A program made the translations under genes and the position numbers. DNA of 53,426 nt, filler included, from Circinaria calcarea (Eukaryota), in NCBI GenBank assembly GCA_051942165.1. It is 3 parts of 3 records of this genome, joined end to end, with 100 filler letters (N's around TTAATTAATTAA, not from the genome) between each part and the next. Parts side by side here need not be neighbours in the genome. Positions count along the whole stretch, not along the records: positions 35,709 to 53,426 come from JAVECS010000258.1; 2 more parts are not named here. One strand, given 5' to 3'. Each line of letters opens with the position of its first letter. Within the stretch, counting starts at the first letter, position 1. The notes below the pieces were generated by a model. It was given only the letters and a program-made list of their open reading frames with translations, was not told where the DNA came from and did not search any database. Below, one piece after another: positions 35,709 through 46,900 of this stretch.

Positions 35709-38090
35709 AACAAATGCTAATGTCTGATCCCACATGTCACGATTGACACTCCTTTTCCATTTAGTCTCGAGATATTCGATCCACCAATTCAACCACGGGG
35801 TAGTCGATGTGTTCCAACTCATGCTGGGCCTTTGAAACAGGAGACGCCAGTACTCGATGGCGGCGTCTAGTTGGACGGCCTTTTGGCCGGGGCTGCGGGC
35901 CAGGACAAAGGTGTGCTTATAGACGCGCTTGAAGAAGGATTGATCATTTGCGAGGTTGTGCCGTAGAGTAGCCATGTGGGCTTGTTGTTTCGAGAGGCTG
36001 TCTGCATTGTGAAACAGCCAGTATGAGACAAAGCTTTCGCGGCTAAGTTCCCCCATGATTGGCGCGTTGAGTTCGGTGAGAATGGCAAGCACGGCGACTT
36101 CATCAAGGTTGACGCCAAGATCACCGAGGTACTTGATGGTGCCGTCGACCTCGATAGTGTGGGGACTCTCCTTCGGGTCATCTATGGTACCTAGTCAGCG
36201 GGGTTTACAATCAGCTTAGGATGATTTCCATCGTACCTCGATATCTGTCGAACAGCTTGTGTACATTGGACGCCAATGACGATCCCGATTTACCCGACGA
36301 GGCACTCTGCACTTGAAAAAAACTAGTATAGAAATGACCATTGTTAGCAGGGATCCTCCGCTTCCGCCATGCTCCCAGGGTAGCAGGATTTATTGAGACA
36401 GTATCGTCAGCACTCTCATCTTCCGAGAGATAATCAACCGCCGGCGTGCTACAGCCGCCCTTTGTCTGTTGCAAGGAGGAGGCTGTTGTAATTGTCATGC
36501 CAGCAAGCCTACGTAACTCCTGGATAGCTTCCCCATCACTGCCGAAAGCATTCGACCTAGGGCCCTTGGACTGATCCAGTGCGCTCGGCGTAGCATGAAC
36601 ATAGCCTTTGAGTGGTGAGGGCTGAACATTCTCCTTGTCCCAAGGAATCCTAGTGTTGAGCGTTGCTTTCTGGATCTCCCTTACACCGGGCAGACCAACC
36701 TTTGCTCCTAACTTGCGAGATGCGCGTGAAGACATGCTTAACCCCAAAAGATCTTTGGTATCAACTTTGTCTGGAGGATCAGGTGTAGAAAGTGAGAGAT
36801 TCCGGAAAGTATCACTGGGCTCTGGAGCAGAGGGCAGACTTGCTTCGAAATTCTGTATGATATCCACAACGTTTGCCGAGAGCCGTGGTTCTGTAGCTGA
36901 AGCTGTAACCTCAACGCCGAAGTAGCAATCTGCAGGGACCTCATTCTCATGGAGTTTCATCGATAACTCTCGATCGGAAATGTTTGGCATGCCCAGCTCT
37001 GCGCGGAATCTGGATGGGGCGTCCTCGAAAGGAATTACGGATGTCATTACATCCTTGTGAATTGCTTGCAATCTCGTTCGAATACCGAGTTTGAGCCTAA
37101 GAGTAGGCACTTTATCTGCGTCCCATTTTCGTTTGAGCGTCCCCTTTTCTTGATCGTGATGATCTTCAAACCAAGGATCAATCCCGTAGAATTTGAGCAT
37201 TTTCAGGAATTTTTTTCGTGGCATCGCCAAACGATGGATCCGATATCTGAACATCAAAGGAAGTTTGCGCCATGTTATCCAGTGAGACGGATCGTCGGCC
37301 TTGGCCATCCAATCTGTAAACTTCTCCTTAATGCAGACATGGTAAAGCCTTCTTTGCTCTTCTAACCATTCTCGCACCCACACCCTGTCTATTGGCTTCT
37401 TTACAGCGGACAGTACTTCTATCATACGCTTCCCTTCCCAAAATCGTTGGTGAACGGGCATCTTCTCCAGCGCGTCTTGACAATACTCCGGAAGGTATTC
37501 AATAAGCATTTGATAATTTGCAAGTTCCTCGTCTAGCGGATGATCTTTTTCGTTACGAGACACGACATAGCCACCCTGGGTCACGACCACGAGCTCTCGC
37601 TGGGAGCGCGTCCACCCATCCTCTTCCAATTCTTTGCCTTTTTGACTCGGCTGCTTCATCTCACTCGCGTTTGCCATGTCCTTGAGTGCCACTGTCGGTA
37701 TTTCCAGAGAGGGGCGCACCTTGAGACCAGGACTGCCTTTGCAGATGTAGGAACCTGTAAACTGCCGAGACTAGATGGGTACTTGTGGCATGATGCTGCC
37801 TAGGTACAACCAAGGAAATTGATGTAAAGAAATGCACATACGCGTTTATGGCTTGCTCAGCGTTCCACCCAGTCAACTTAAGTTGCTAGGGAAATGAGCG
37901 TTAGCACTTAAAATAGCTCTTGCCAAATTGGACGAGGATCATTAGTGTGACAAAGACCGCTGTGCCCACAGTACAGGATAGCGCTGGATGGGGATATACT
38001 CACTTTCGCAGCTACGCTCTCCTTTGCAGAGGTAACGGAGGTGAACTGGGCGATTGCACTCCTCTGGGATGGAGTGTAGGCTGGTGGCAT
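35709..38090 (-). CDS. DCN1: Defective in cullin neddylation protein 1 (UBA-like + PONY domain); exons 38090-38004, 37885-37842, 36322-36237, 36181-35709 (3' end cut by spacer)
   Basis: MPPAYTPSQRSAIAQFTSVT...QLKLTGWNAEQAINA|FFQ...LFDRYR|DDPKESPHTIEVDGTIKYLGDLGV...MGELSRESFV...FKRVYKHTFVLA...GQKAVQLDAAIEYWRLL...SVNRDMWDQTL. All junctions are GT-AG and in phase. Confidence 0.92.
36323..37770 (-). CDS. Long stop-free ORF (about 482 codons; first ATG 37677) inside DCN1 intron 2, in frame with DCN1 exon 3; unknown protein
   Basis: ORF-track entry 36211..37719 (502 aa) reads through the DCN1 branch point and acceptor into FFQVQSASS...LFDRYR. No recognisable domain. Confidence 0.65.
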
Positions 38091-38560
38091 TTTGGCTTGC
38101 ACCTTACAGCAATTGGTAGTGGGAAAAGGGTTTAACTTGTCAACGGGGGAAGACTCTGAAGGAGCACACGACGTTGGAGGTTGAATGTCTACAATCTACG
38201 ACATATTAGATACTCCGATGAGTAGGCCCGGTTTGAGGCTGATGATGGCTGGTGACAGGGAAGGTCGGGTCGGAATATTATAGTCCCTGACATTCACACC
38301 CCTTGACAGCTACTTCATAGGTTGGGTGAAAGCCTTTGAACAACCATTAATGACAAAACCACAAATGCTAATTGGTCTGGCATTTTCGAGTGACTTGATT
38401 TACGCACCACTTTTAACCCTCAGGTGTTCACTCTGTTATGTTCCTGTCCCCAAAGCAGCGAAATTCCAGCGCCACCCTTAACGAAATCTCTCCGCCAGAT
38501 CTGATCAGCAAGTATCTCAATCCGCAAATGCCTTATAGTCCTCCTTGAGAGCCTGTAGCC

Positions 38561-38580
38561 AAAAAAAAAAAAAAAAAAAA
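38561..38580 (+). repeat. A20 homopolymer
   Basis: 20 consecutive A. Confidence 0.9.
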
Positions 38581-39744
38581 GCCAATGGTTGCAATTAGCA
38601 GTTTATGATTTGGGGATGGAATGGATCAGAGTCGAGCCAAGGAGATTCGAATAGCAAACACTTTCTAGCTTTCGAGAACACAACGACCAACATGCGCGCA
38701 AGCTTCTCTTGAATACTATACTCTCCACACGGAGGAAAAGACTCGTTTTGAGACGGAGACCAAATGTCTACCCCCTTCACAATCCGCCCGAGTTGTGATT
38801 GTACGTACCTCGTCAGGAATTCTTGAGCCTACCCAGGCCCATTCCTGGGGGTAACAAAAGCACGCGCGTATCGAACACAAGCACCAAGTAGCTAGCTCAT
38901 GTCAGAGTTCCGAAGTACAGCCCACGGCGGTATAAACGCTGGCCCTTTTCGAACCGTTGAAGCTTGGTCTCCCAATAGTCAAAGAAATATATGCCCTGTC
39001 AAGCGATATAATAGATGAGATTTCAGAGACCTTCCACTCCTGATATTTTCGACAGAAGTGTGAGTTACGAAAGCCACTGACTTCTGAAAAGTGACTTGAT
39101 TACCTGGTTGTATCTATGTTGGACAACTCCCGGTCTTGAGGCCAATACGGGGATGAGAGTATGGAGATGATACATGCCGTCATCGTAGCCCTTTACATGT
39201 GTGGACTATTATCAATAAGGCTGCATATGAAGGCTCCAAACTAAGCCCACTGATTGGGAACAGCAAACCCCGACTTTCAACACCCCGCAACGCCTGATGG
39301 TATAGGGGGAGATTACAATATTAGATACTTACTTCAGGCAATGACTTCTTTCTGCCCAGCCCGGCCTCCCTCTACAGAGGTAATATGAGCAATTAGCGTG
39401 CCTCATATTCCGGTTGTACCCCAGCTTTGACCCTGACATCGATGGCGATTCCGTGAGATCTTTCAAATCACATAGAAATATTCATGGTGCACAAGGTAAG
39501 TACGAGGGCATAGGCCTCACGATTGACTAGACATTACTCAGATCCCCTTAATTGCACAGTGACCCGCCAAAGGGACCAGGGCCTTTTCTGTCAACCGATC
39601 GGGAGGAGTATTGTCAAAAATGGATGTATTCCGTAAAGCCCTTCCTTTCGAAACAATCTGAATATGCTGGGCCTGAGCTCCTTCAAGAAATGCTCACCCC
39701 CCTCCCAAAGGACGACGATCTAGCCCCTCGATCCAACACCAGCC

Positions 39745-42173
39745 CTAATCCCCCAAGGGCATGTTGTCAACCTCTTCACTCAATGCCCTCCAATTGTCGG
39801 CTTGCAGCTCCGCATACTTCACGCGCTCTTGGCTCCAGTCTTGATGTAGCTTACTGACATGGTATTGTGATTGCTGGAAGAAGATCAACTCATCTCGAAT
39901 GCATTCCTTAATGAAAACTCCTCGCGCATGCTGGTTCACGATCGACTGCTTGTCCTGTGGATAGTGTTAGCCATGTTGGAGACGGAAACGTGGGGCAAAC
40001 GCTACATTTAGTATAGCTTGTTCGACCTTCTCCTGCTCTCCCGGTTTTACTGTGCCTTCTGGTCTAGCTCTTAAGCCAGCTAACTTGTTCTCGTTGTTCT
40101 CTATCCTACGTTCCAGCTGCGGAATATTATCCTTCGCATATCGATCCCGACGGTCGAACATGTCTCGAACGCCTACAAGGGTATCCCGTTGCCGCTTTAA
40201 ATCCTCTAGAACACCCACATCCCACGCACGGGCTTCATCTTCCAGAAGAACCTGGCTGATTTCAAGATGCCTTGCCGCGGATTGAATTCCCTCGTTCAAA
40301 AGCGGTACATCGTTGTTGTCGATCGCATAAGTTCCTTCGGATTCTTCGGTCAAGCCCTTGAGAGCAACCGAAAACCGGAGATAGTCGGATGCTATCCCTT
40401 GATTTCGCTTGGCGAGTCTCTCAAGTAAGTTGCAGAGGCCTATATAGGTCTCGGCAGATCGTCGAACGCTGGCACGAGCGGTGTCGAACGTCTCGGTGAG
40501 ATTTGTCGGCAGCGAGTCTTCTAGCCCTGGGGGTAGAGACTTTCCAGTGAATTCTTCTTGTACAGATATCGTCGCTTGTTTCCGCCATACTGCTAATTCC
40601 TGGTTGAGTATATTAGTTTACTAAGGAACGACTGCGACGCGGCGACTCTTTTACCGTGGGAACCGTCAAGAACATGACTACGAGCTGCTCCTGGCTCAAA
40701 ACAGGATGCCTCACAAGGGCATTGGTGAATCGAGCTAGACCACGTCTACGCTTTTCGATAAAAGTCACATCGGAGGATAAATGTCTACCATTGACTTGAG
40801 ATGGTCCAAGATCAGCTAGGCCTCAGATACGGGAGGCAGTGAAACTTACCAGCGACTCTTTTTGGTGGTAACAAGGGGAGTTGTCTGAAGGGGTATCTCT
40901 TATGCAAACAATCCAATAACCAAACGAAATCACTGTATCTTCGAATGACTGTGCTCGCCCTTCGAGCACTCTTCACCTCATAATTGCGATGCTGAAACAT
41001 GAACATGCCCTCTTTCTCAGGAAGAACAGAAACCGTAACGATTTCTTCAACACCGCGGCCAATGGCCTTGCCGCCCCCAAGGGTTCTGGAGGGCCTTGTA
41101 TCCGAACTCCCATTTTCGTCGCCTCCGGAACCAAATCCTGAGGGATCGAGACCTTCCTGCTCTCCATTAGGGAACTCACTATTAGCGTTGTCATATGATC
41201 CCCACCCGCCTCCGCCATTGCCTGATGGTACTTCTCCAGAAGGGGGATCGCCAGCTAAGGTCGACGACGTGGATCCTGGTTCCTCCGAATGGGTAGTGAA
41301 TGCGCTGGTGGTTCGTGACGTTCCAAGATTCCCATCTCGATTGGGCCTTGCGGTTATTTCAGTCGGTTTGAGCGTTGCGTCGTTACTCACGGTATGAGCG
41401 TGGCCTTTATGTAAAGCTGGGCTAGCCCATGGATCAGCCTCCGGGTCATCGAGGGAGTCTTTCCGGCCACGTCTTGACTTTGAAGGTATGGCTGCTGGAG
41501 GATGTTCGGGTGAAGGAGTCCCCGTCTGTTGAGGCCGTGTTTCATCTATGGTTTCGGAAACCTTGGCATTTTTCAATTGCTTTAGATAGGGTATCGAGAC
41601 ATCCGGGAGATCTAGGTGATTGTCAGTGAGCTAATGGTGTGGTCTCGTCGCATCAGGGCTGCATCAGGGGCCTTTACTTTTCCTTCGCTCATCCACCCCA
41701 TCCAGTGTAGCCTCCTCGCCCTCCTTTGACAAACCAATTAAAGCAAGTAAGACGTTGAACTCGCTACGACCCAAACTTGTACTTTCGTTGTGCCGAGGTG
41801 CGACGAGGTTAAGTAGTCTTGTCTGGTCCGTAGGCTCCAATCTACTACTCTCCAATATCTTCTTTACCACATTCACACTGATGCCGGATCCAGACCGTTC
41901 ACCCGAGTCCAGGACAGCGTCGAACGCATCAATGTAGCTCTCAGGGACATCCGACGCTGGTAGCAGCCTCTTCACAAGATCGCCCCGAGCCGCTTTCTTC
42001 GGGGTAGGTAGCCCCCACGGAGAAGCGTTTGTACCATTGGACTCGTCGGCAAAGAGTGAAGCGTTGGAGACTGCTCCCGGTGTAGACTCGTCATCGAACA
42101 GTGACTTCGATGTTGGGCGGGCCGGATGATTGGCCAAGCTCGACTCGACCGGCGGGCTCCCAAAGAGCGACAT
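39745..42173 (-). CDS. MVP1: Sorting nexin Mvp1 (PX + BAR), multi-exon
   Basis: MSLFGSPP..., EFNVLLALIGLS, PX domain EGMFMFQHRNYEV...RRYSDFVWLLDCLHKRYPFRQLPLLPPKR, BAR region VLEDLKRQRD, C-terminal WSQERVKYAELQADNWR...MPLGD*. Confidence 0.93.
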
Positions 42174-42637
42174 CTCTAGAACGAACTCGAGGTTGTAAAA
42201 ATGGGGATCGCGACTGATGAATCCCCGATGACCATCGATATCGGACGTGATCTGGAGTCTGCTGCCGGTGGGACCTTTATACTACTTAGAGCTTACTACT
42301 GCCTCACGTTACCTTGGGACTTCGAGTGTTCGCGCTCTAGCGGGTCTCCGAGGACAGGGGTCTAGATTCAGAACCGTACCACCAATGCCAAAGATAACAC
42401 AATCATCTGAGTGGGTAGGAGTAAACAAATAGCACGTTGATAGCTGATGGTTTCTTAGAGTTCGAATAGATATGAGTATCGTATGCTTTATGCGAAGCCT
42501 AACAAAGCCTGGGTGCTGTTTAATGCTAAAATATATATCTCGAAGGTGAGAACGTCCCCCTGGCGAGATGGCCAGGCATATAAGCTCAGATCATGCACAG
42601 CAGACTCTTGGGTCAGCCCACCCTTCCTGACGTCCTT

Positions 42638-45600
42638 TCATGCTTCACTTCCCGTCGTAGCCAAAGATGACCTTCTCGAACCATCGTGGCCAGTATCAGA
42701 TTCCCCCGTGCCGGCCGCTTGCTCCAACGTCGCGATATCTTGCCATCCCCTACCGCCGATTTGCAGGACCATAGCATAGTTCGTGTCAACGGGAAACCAT
42801 CGCTCCCGTCGTGTATGAGCCTTGCTGCCTCCTTCCAACGCTGCACGACTTGCTCGGGTAGTTCTCTGTCTTTTGCCGTTCCTTCCACCCTGTGAAAGCA
42901 AGTTGCTCAATCGAAGTCTCTGCTCCTCTAAGCGCAGATCGTAGGAGACAATGGACCGGACATAGGGCGCTGCATCCTGGAGGATGATCGACAGGGGCCC
43001 GTCAAAAATTGAAATTTGAGGACCTCTTGACTGTGGAAACGACACTTTAGGAGATTCTACGAGAGAGCCGAATGCCGAGGTGATAGTTTGCCGTGTCACT
43101 CTCTGATGGGAATCACTAGCCTGTGTCCTCTGGACGATATAACGATTCATAATATCTTTATCAAACGGAATTATCGAGGGGCCTGTATGTCCGGATAGAA
43201 GTAGTGTTTTGGAACATGCCTTGAGTGATAATGCAATGGATGCGCTTGTATTTGTCGGATCTTGCAAAGGATCTGCATTTAGCACGGGGAATCCGTCAAC
43301 GTAGCTGGCTAGCTGGTTTTCCGTCAAGTCAGGTCCAGTGATGTCGAGGAGGGTCTAAGTATATCAGGATCTCGTTCGCAAATATATTGGTAAATTGGAC
43401 TTACTGAAATATCTTTGCGTAACCCAAGGCAAGGAAGTACATCAGCAGCGCTGATGGAATCTAACACCTGCTCATATGCACTCAATGCCTGTAAGATACT
43501 TCCTCCTAACGATTCGCTTGTAGTGGTGGTCAGAGCATGGCCGTCTATCAAATCATGCCAATCCTCCACATCAACATCCCAACCATACAGGGCTTCCAGT
43601 AAGAGTTCAGTATCTTCCACAGCAGCTCCCGTGTAGGTATTTTGAGGTGTTCGATGTCCCAGCATTCCCATACCTTCGGAATAGCTATGTTTACTTACGA
43701 CACGCTGTCGTTCTCCATTCGTATTGTAGTAAGTATCTGCTGGCGACGGTATTGGCATCCATTCCAAACCCCCTTTAGAATCCCCAACCGCCATTTGGCA
43801 CCAGAAATTAAGTTCTGCTATTGATGCTCGGAGATCACCCTGTTTGGCCTTGTACACCGAAGAGACAGCATCTCGTGAAAGTAGGTGACCTTCGCTACCA
43901 GCTAAAAGCAGGAGATAGTCTACCGCAATTTGCTCTGGTGGTGATGCTAGGCGCAATATAGCATGGAGATTCATCTCGTCCAGAGGCAATCGCTTCTCGT
44001 CGGTGCACGTCATGATAATAGGCCTCCTAGATTGAGATATGAGCCCAAGCACAGTTATCCAGAATTGCTTATCTTCTTCGAAGAGGATGTCAACCTCTTC
44101 TAAGAGAATTAGCGATTGCTTTTGATGAGGCTGCTTCTTGGGATGATCTGATTGTTTTCGGGTAACAGATGTTGAAATATGTGACGTCTTTGACCCAGCT
44201 TTTGTTTTGACGTTCGGATTCAAGAACGCATTTACTGTCCTTTTACTTTCAGGATCTTGTCCCGCAGGCCTAGATTGGTGGCTTCGTTGATTATCATCAC
44301 TCTGAGCCTCAGGAGCTCGATGCACCAAATGGTTTCTTGTCATATCACCGACTTTGTCTAGTATATCTCTACCACTCCTCCTAGTACCGGCATTGATTTC
44401 AAAAATCTCAAATCCAAGTTCCTGAGCGACTGCATAGACTGCGGCAGTCTTACCACAGCCATGAGGTCCACTGATGACAACAGCATTGGTGCTTTTGGGC
44501 GGGTCTCCAAAAGATTTGGAAGGTCCTGACGATTCTCCTGCCCTAATCAGAGATTTTCTAATGAGGATACTATCATCTTTTGAAAGTAATGGATCCTCGG
44601 GATCAGTCAGCTCATCCATCTCATGTGCTTCCTCTTCATTTGAAATTATGAACCCATCTAACTCATCCGCCCTCTTACGCTTCTTTCTAGATTTGACAGG
44701 AGTCCGTTTCGAAGCGATAGAAGATTCGCGAGATCCAGAAGAATCTTTATTCCCACTGTCTGTCGATGTCACAGTTAGATTCCTAAGCCAATCACGTAAG
44801 AGCACAACTTCTCGACCAAGTTGAAGCACATCTGCAGCACACCTGGGTGCATATTTATGCACCCATTCCTGGGACTCACACTCGAATTTGTCGAAAGCTG
44901 TCAAGGATGTCGGAATGCTGTCGAAAAGACGTAAAAGGGCTTTACTGATATGGAGATTACCATTTGGTCCGATAGTACCTTCTTTCAACTGGGAGGAACG
45001 AGTAGTTAATGGCAAGACACTATACAGATTCTGGCGTAAATCTTCCACCAATTCATGACCAGTCATGACCAAACGCTGAGGTTTCTGCACGAAGACTGGT
45101 GGTATGTGAGCATGATCTTCGGCATTCACATCCGTCCGATACTTATGTGCCTGCTGGACAAGAGGGGACAGCACGCTCTCTTCATCAAGGATCTGTACCT
45201 CGACAGTTTTAAGTTTTCTCTGTCGTTTAGGTAAATGGGCATCGTGGCTTGGCTTGTATGAATCTGTAACCAAACACGGGGATAGGTTCCGAATATGAAC
45301 CATATCCTGGGGAGGCCATAAAGACTCGAGGGACCCTGGAAACTTCGGTTTGGTAGTCGAGATCCCTGAATTACGACCCAGGCCACCAAGCTTAGCCCAT
45401 GCCGCAGCGGCATCAACTCTAGAGACTGTAACGGAACTTTTGACGGGGCTAGCACTCTTATCATCCAATTGCTTTACATTTGTGGGCTCGTTACGCGTAG
45501 AGGTAGGATACAAGATTGTCTCGTCTTCTTGATGAACTGCTTTACCAAGGAAAAAAGGATGCATAGGCTTCAAAGGCCCCTCAGTGTGACTCTTCATCTT

Positions 45601-46528
45601 CTCCGGTGACTCCTTAACGGCCGGGAGAGCGTTTTCGGCTTCGCTGATCAGCTCTGTGAGAATGTCTTGTATTTTTCGTGATATCCTTCTACGTGACCCC
45701 TCATCCTTACCGTACTTGATGATCACGATTTTGGTCTCCAAAGTTCCTAGACGGCCGGGTTCACCTTTCTTTCTCTTCGATCTGCCGAGATTCGCAGACA
45801 CCCGATATTTAGGGGATCCCAATTTGCCATCCGAACCAAGTTTCAAAATGTTTCTCTTTGGTGTTCGTTGGTCAAGGGATGGAATCTCCTCGACTGCGGG
45901 CTTTAAGATCTCCAGAGGACCCCTTTCTCGCTTAGGAGACAACAGAATTTGATCGCGTGAAATGTCAGGCTGACTTCGAGCGTCGGCCACTGCTGCTTTG
46001 AGCTGATCTTCCCAGTTTCCCTCATCCCTGGGTTTTGGCGGTGAAGGTGCACGGTCTGGAGACACTGTCCGCTGTCGCTTCCTCCGATCCGTATTCGGAT
46101 CTATGTCAAGGTTCTCTGACACATTGATCACCGAATTGAGGTTGAATGAGGCATTATTCTCTAATCTGGAACTTCTAGTGGTTCTTTGGTCTCTCAAGCT
46201 CTCATCCGTGTGGGACTGCTCATGGTGTATCTGAGGATCTCGATCCAGCCGTAAGCTTGACGTGAGTGTTAGTTGATTCGGCTTAGACGGTTTCCTTGGC
46301 ACTTTTGCTTTCCCAGCTTTCTTGCGCGGGAGGGGCCTCTCATTTTCAGTTATAGGATCATCTTGAGGTGACTGGTCTGGCGTAGAGACTTTTGGGACGT
46401 CTGTATGATCCATTAGTAATTCCTCACATAGATTAAACAGAGAACATACTTCTAACTGATGAGAAAAGTGGGTATGTAGTGTGAGCGGCATCAGCACTCA
46501 TCCCGACTGGTTGGACTACCAAAGCCAT
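42638..46528 (-). CDS. ELG1: Elg1 alternative RFC large subunit (AAA+ ATPase), about 3 exons
   Basis: WVHKYAPRCAADVLQ, Walker A GPHGCGKTAAVYAVAQELGFEIFEINAG, Walker B SLILLEEVDILFEED, GDLRASI, C-terminal RTTRASRAALEGG. Short first exon from ATG 46528 inferred from a GTATGT...CAG intron. Confidence 0.9.
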
Positions 46529-46900
46529 GCAGTTTCACTCATAATGTCCTCTGTCGCTGCTTCCTCTCAAGCATAGAGACGATAGAGATTGATATGATAA
46601 GGCGCAAGGTGCCGAAATTAGGCGTTGGTTCTCCAAATCCCACTGAGACTCCGAAAAGGAGAGCCAAGTAGAATTCGCATTCGATTTGAATGCACCTCAC
46701 GTCGTCTTCCTGAAAGGAGCGCGTCACGACACGAACAGGGATGGGCGTAAGTGGCTGGTGACAGGGGATCAGCCTCAATACCCCACAAAGTTTCGAGAAA
46801 TTTATGACCTTCAGCCTTATGTCAAGTCTGGTATTTGTCTTAAGCTGATTACGGAGTACGAGTATCAATGTCTTGACTGTAAATCTCGAAGAGCGAGAGG

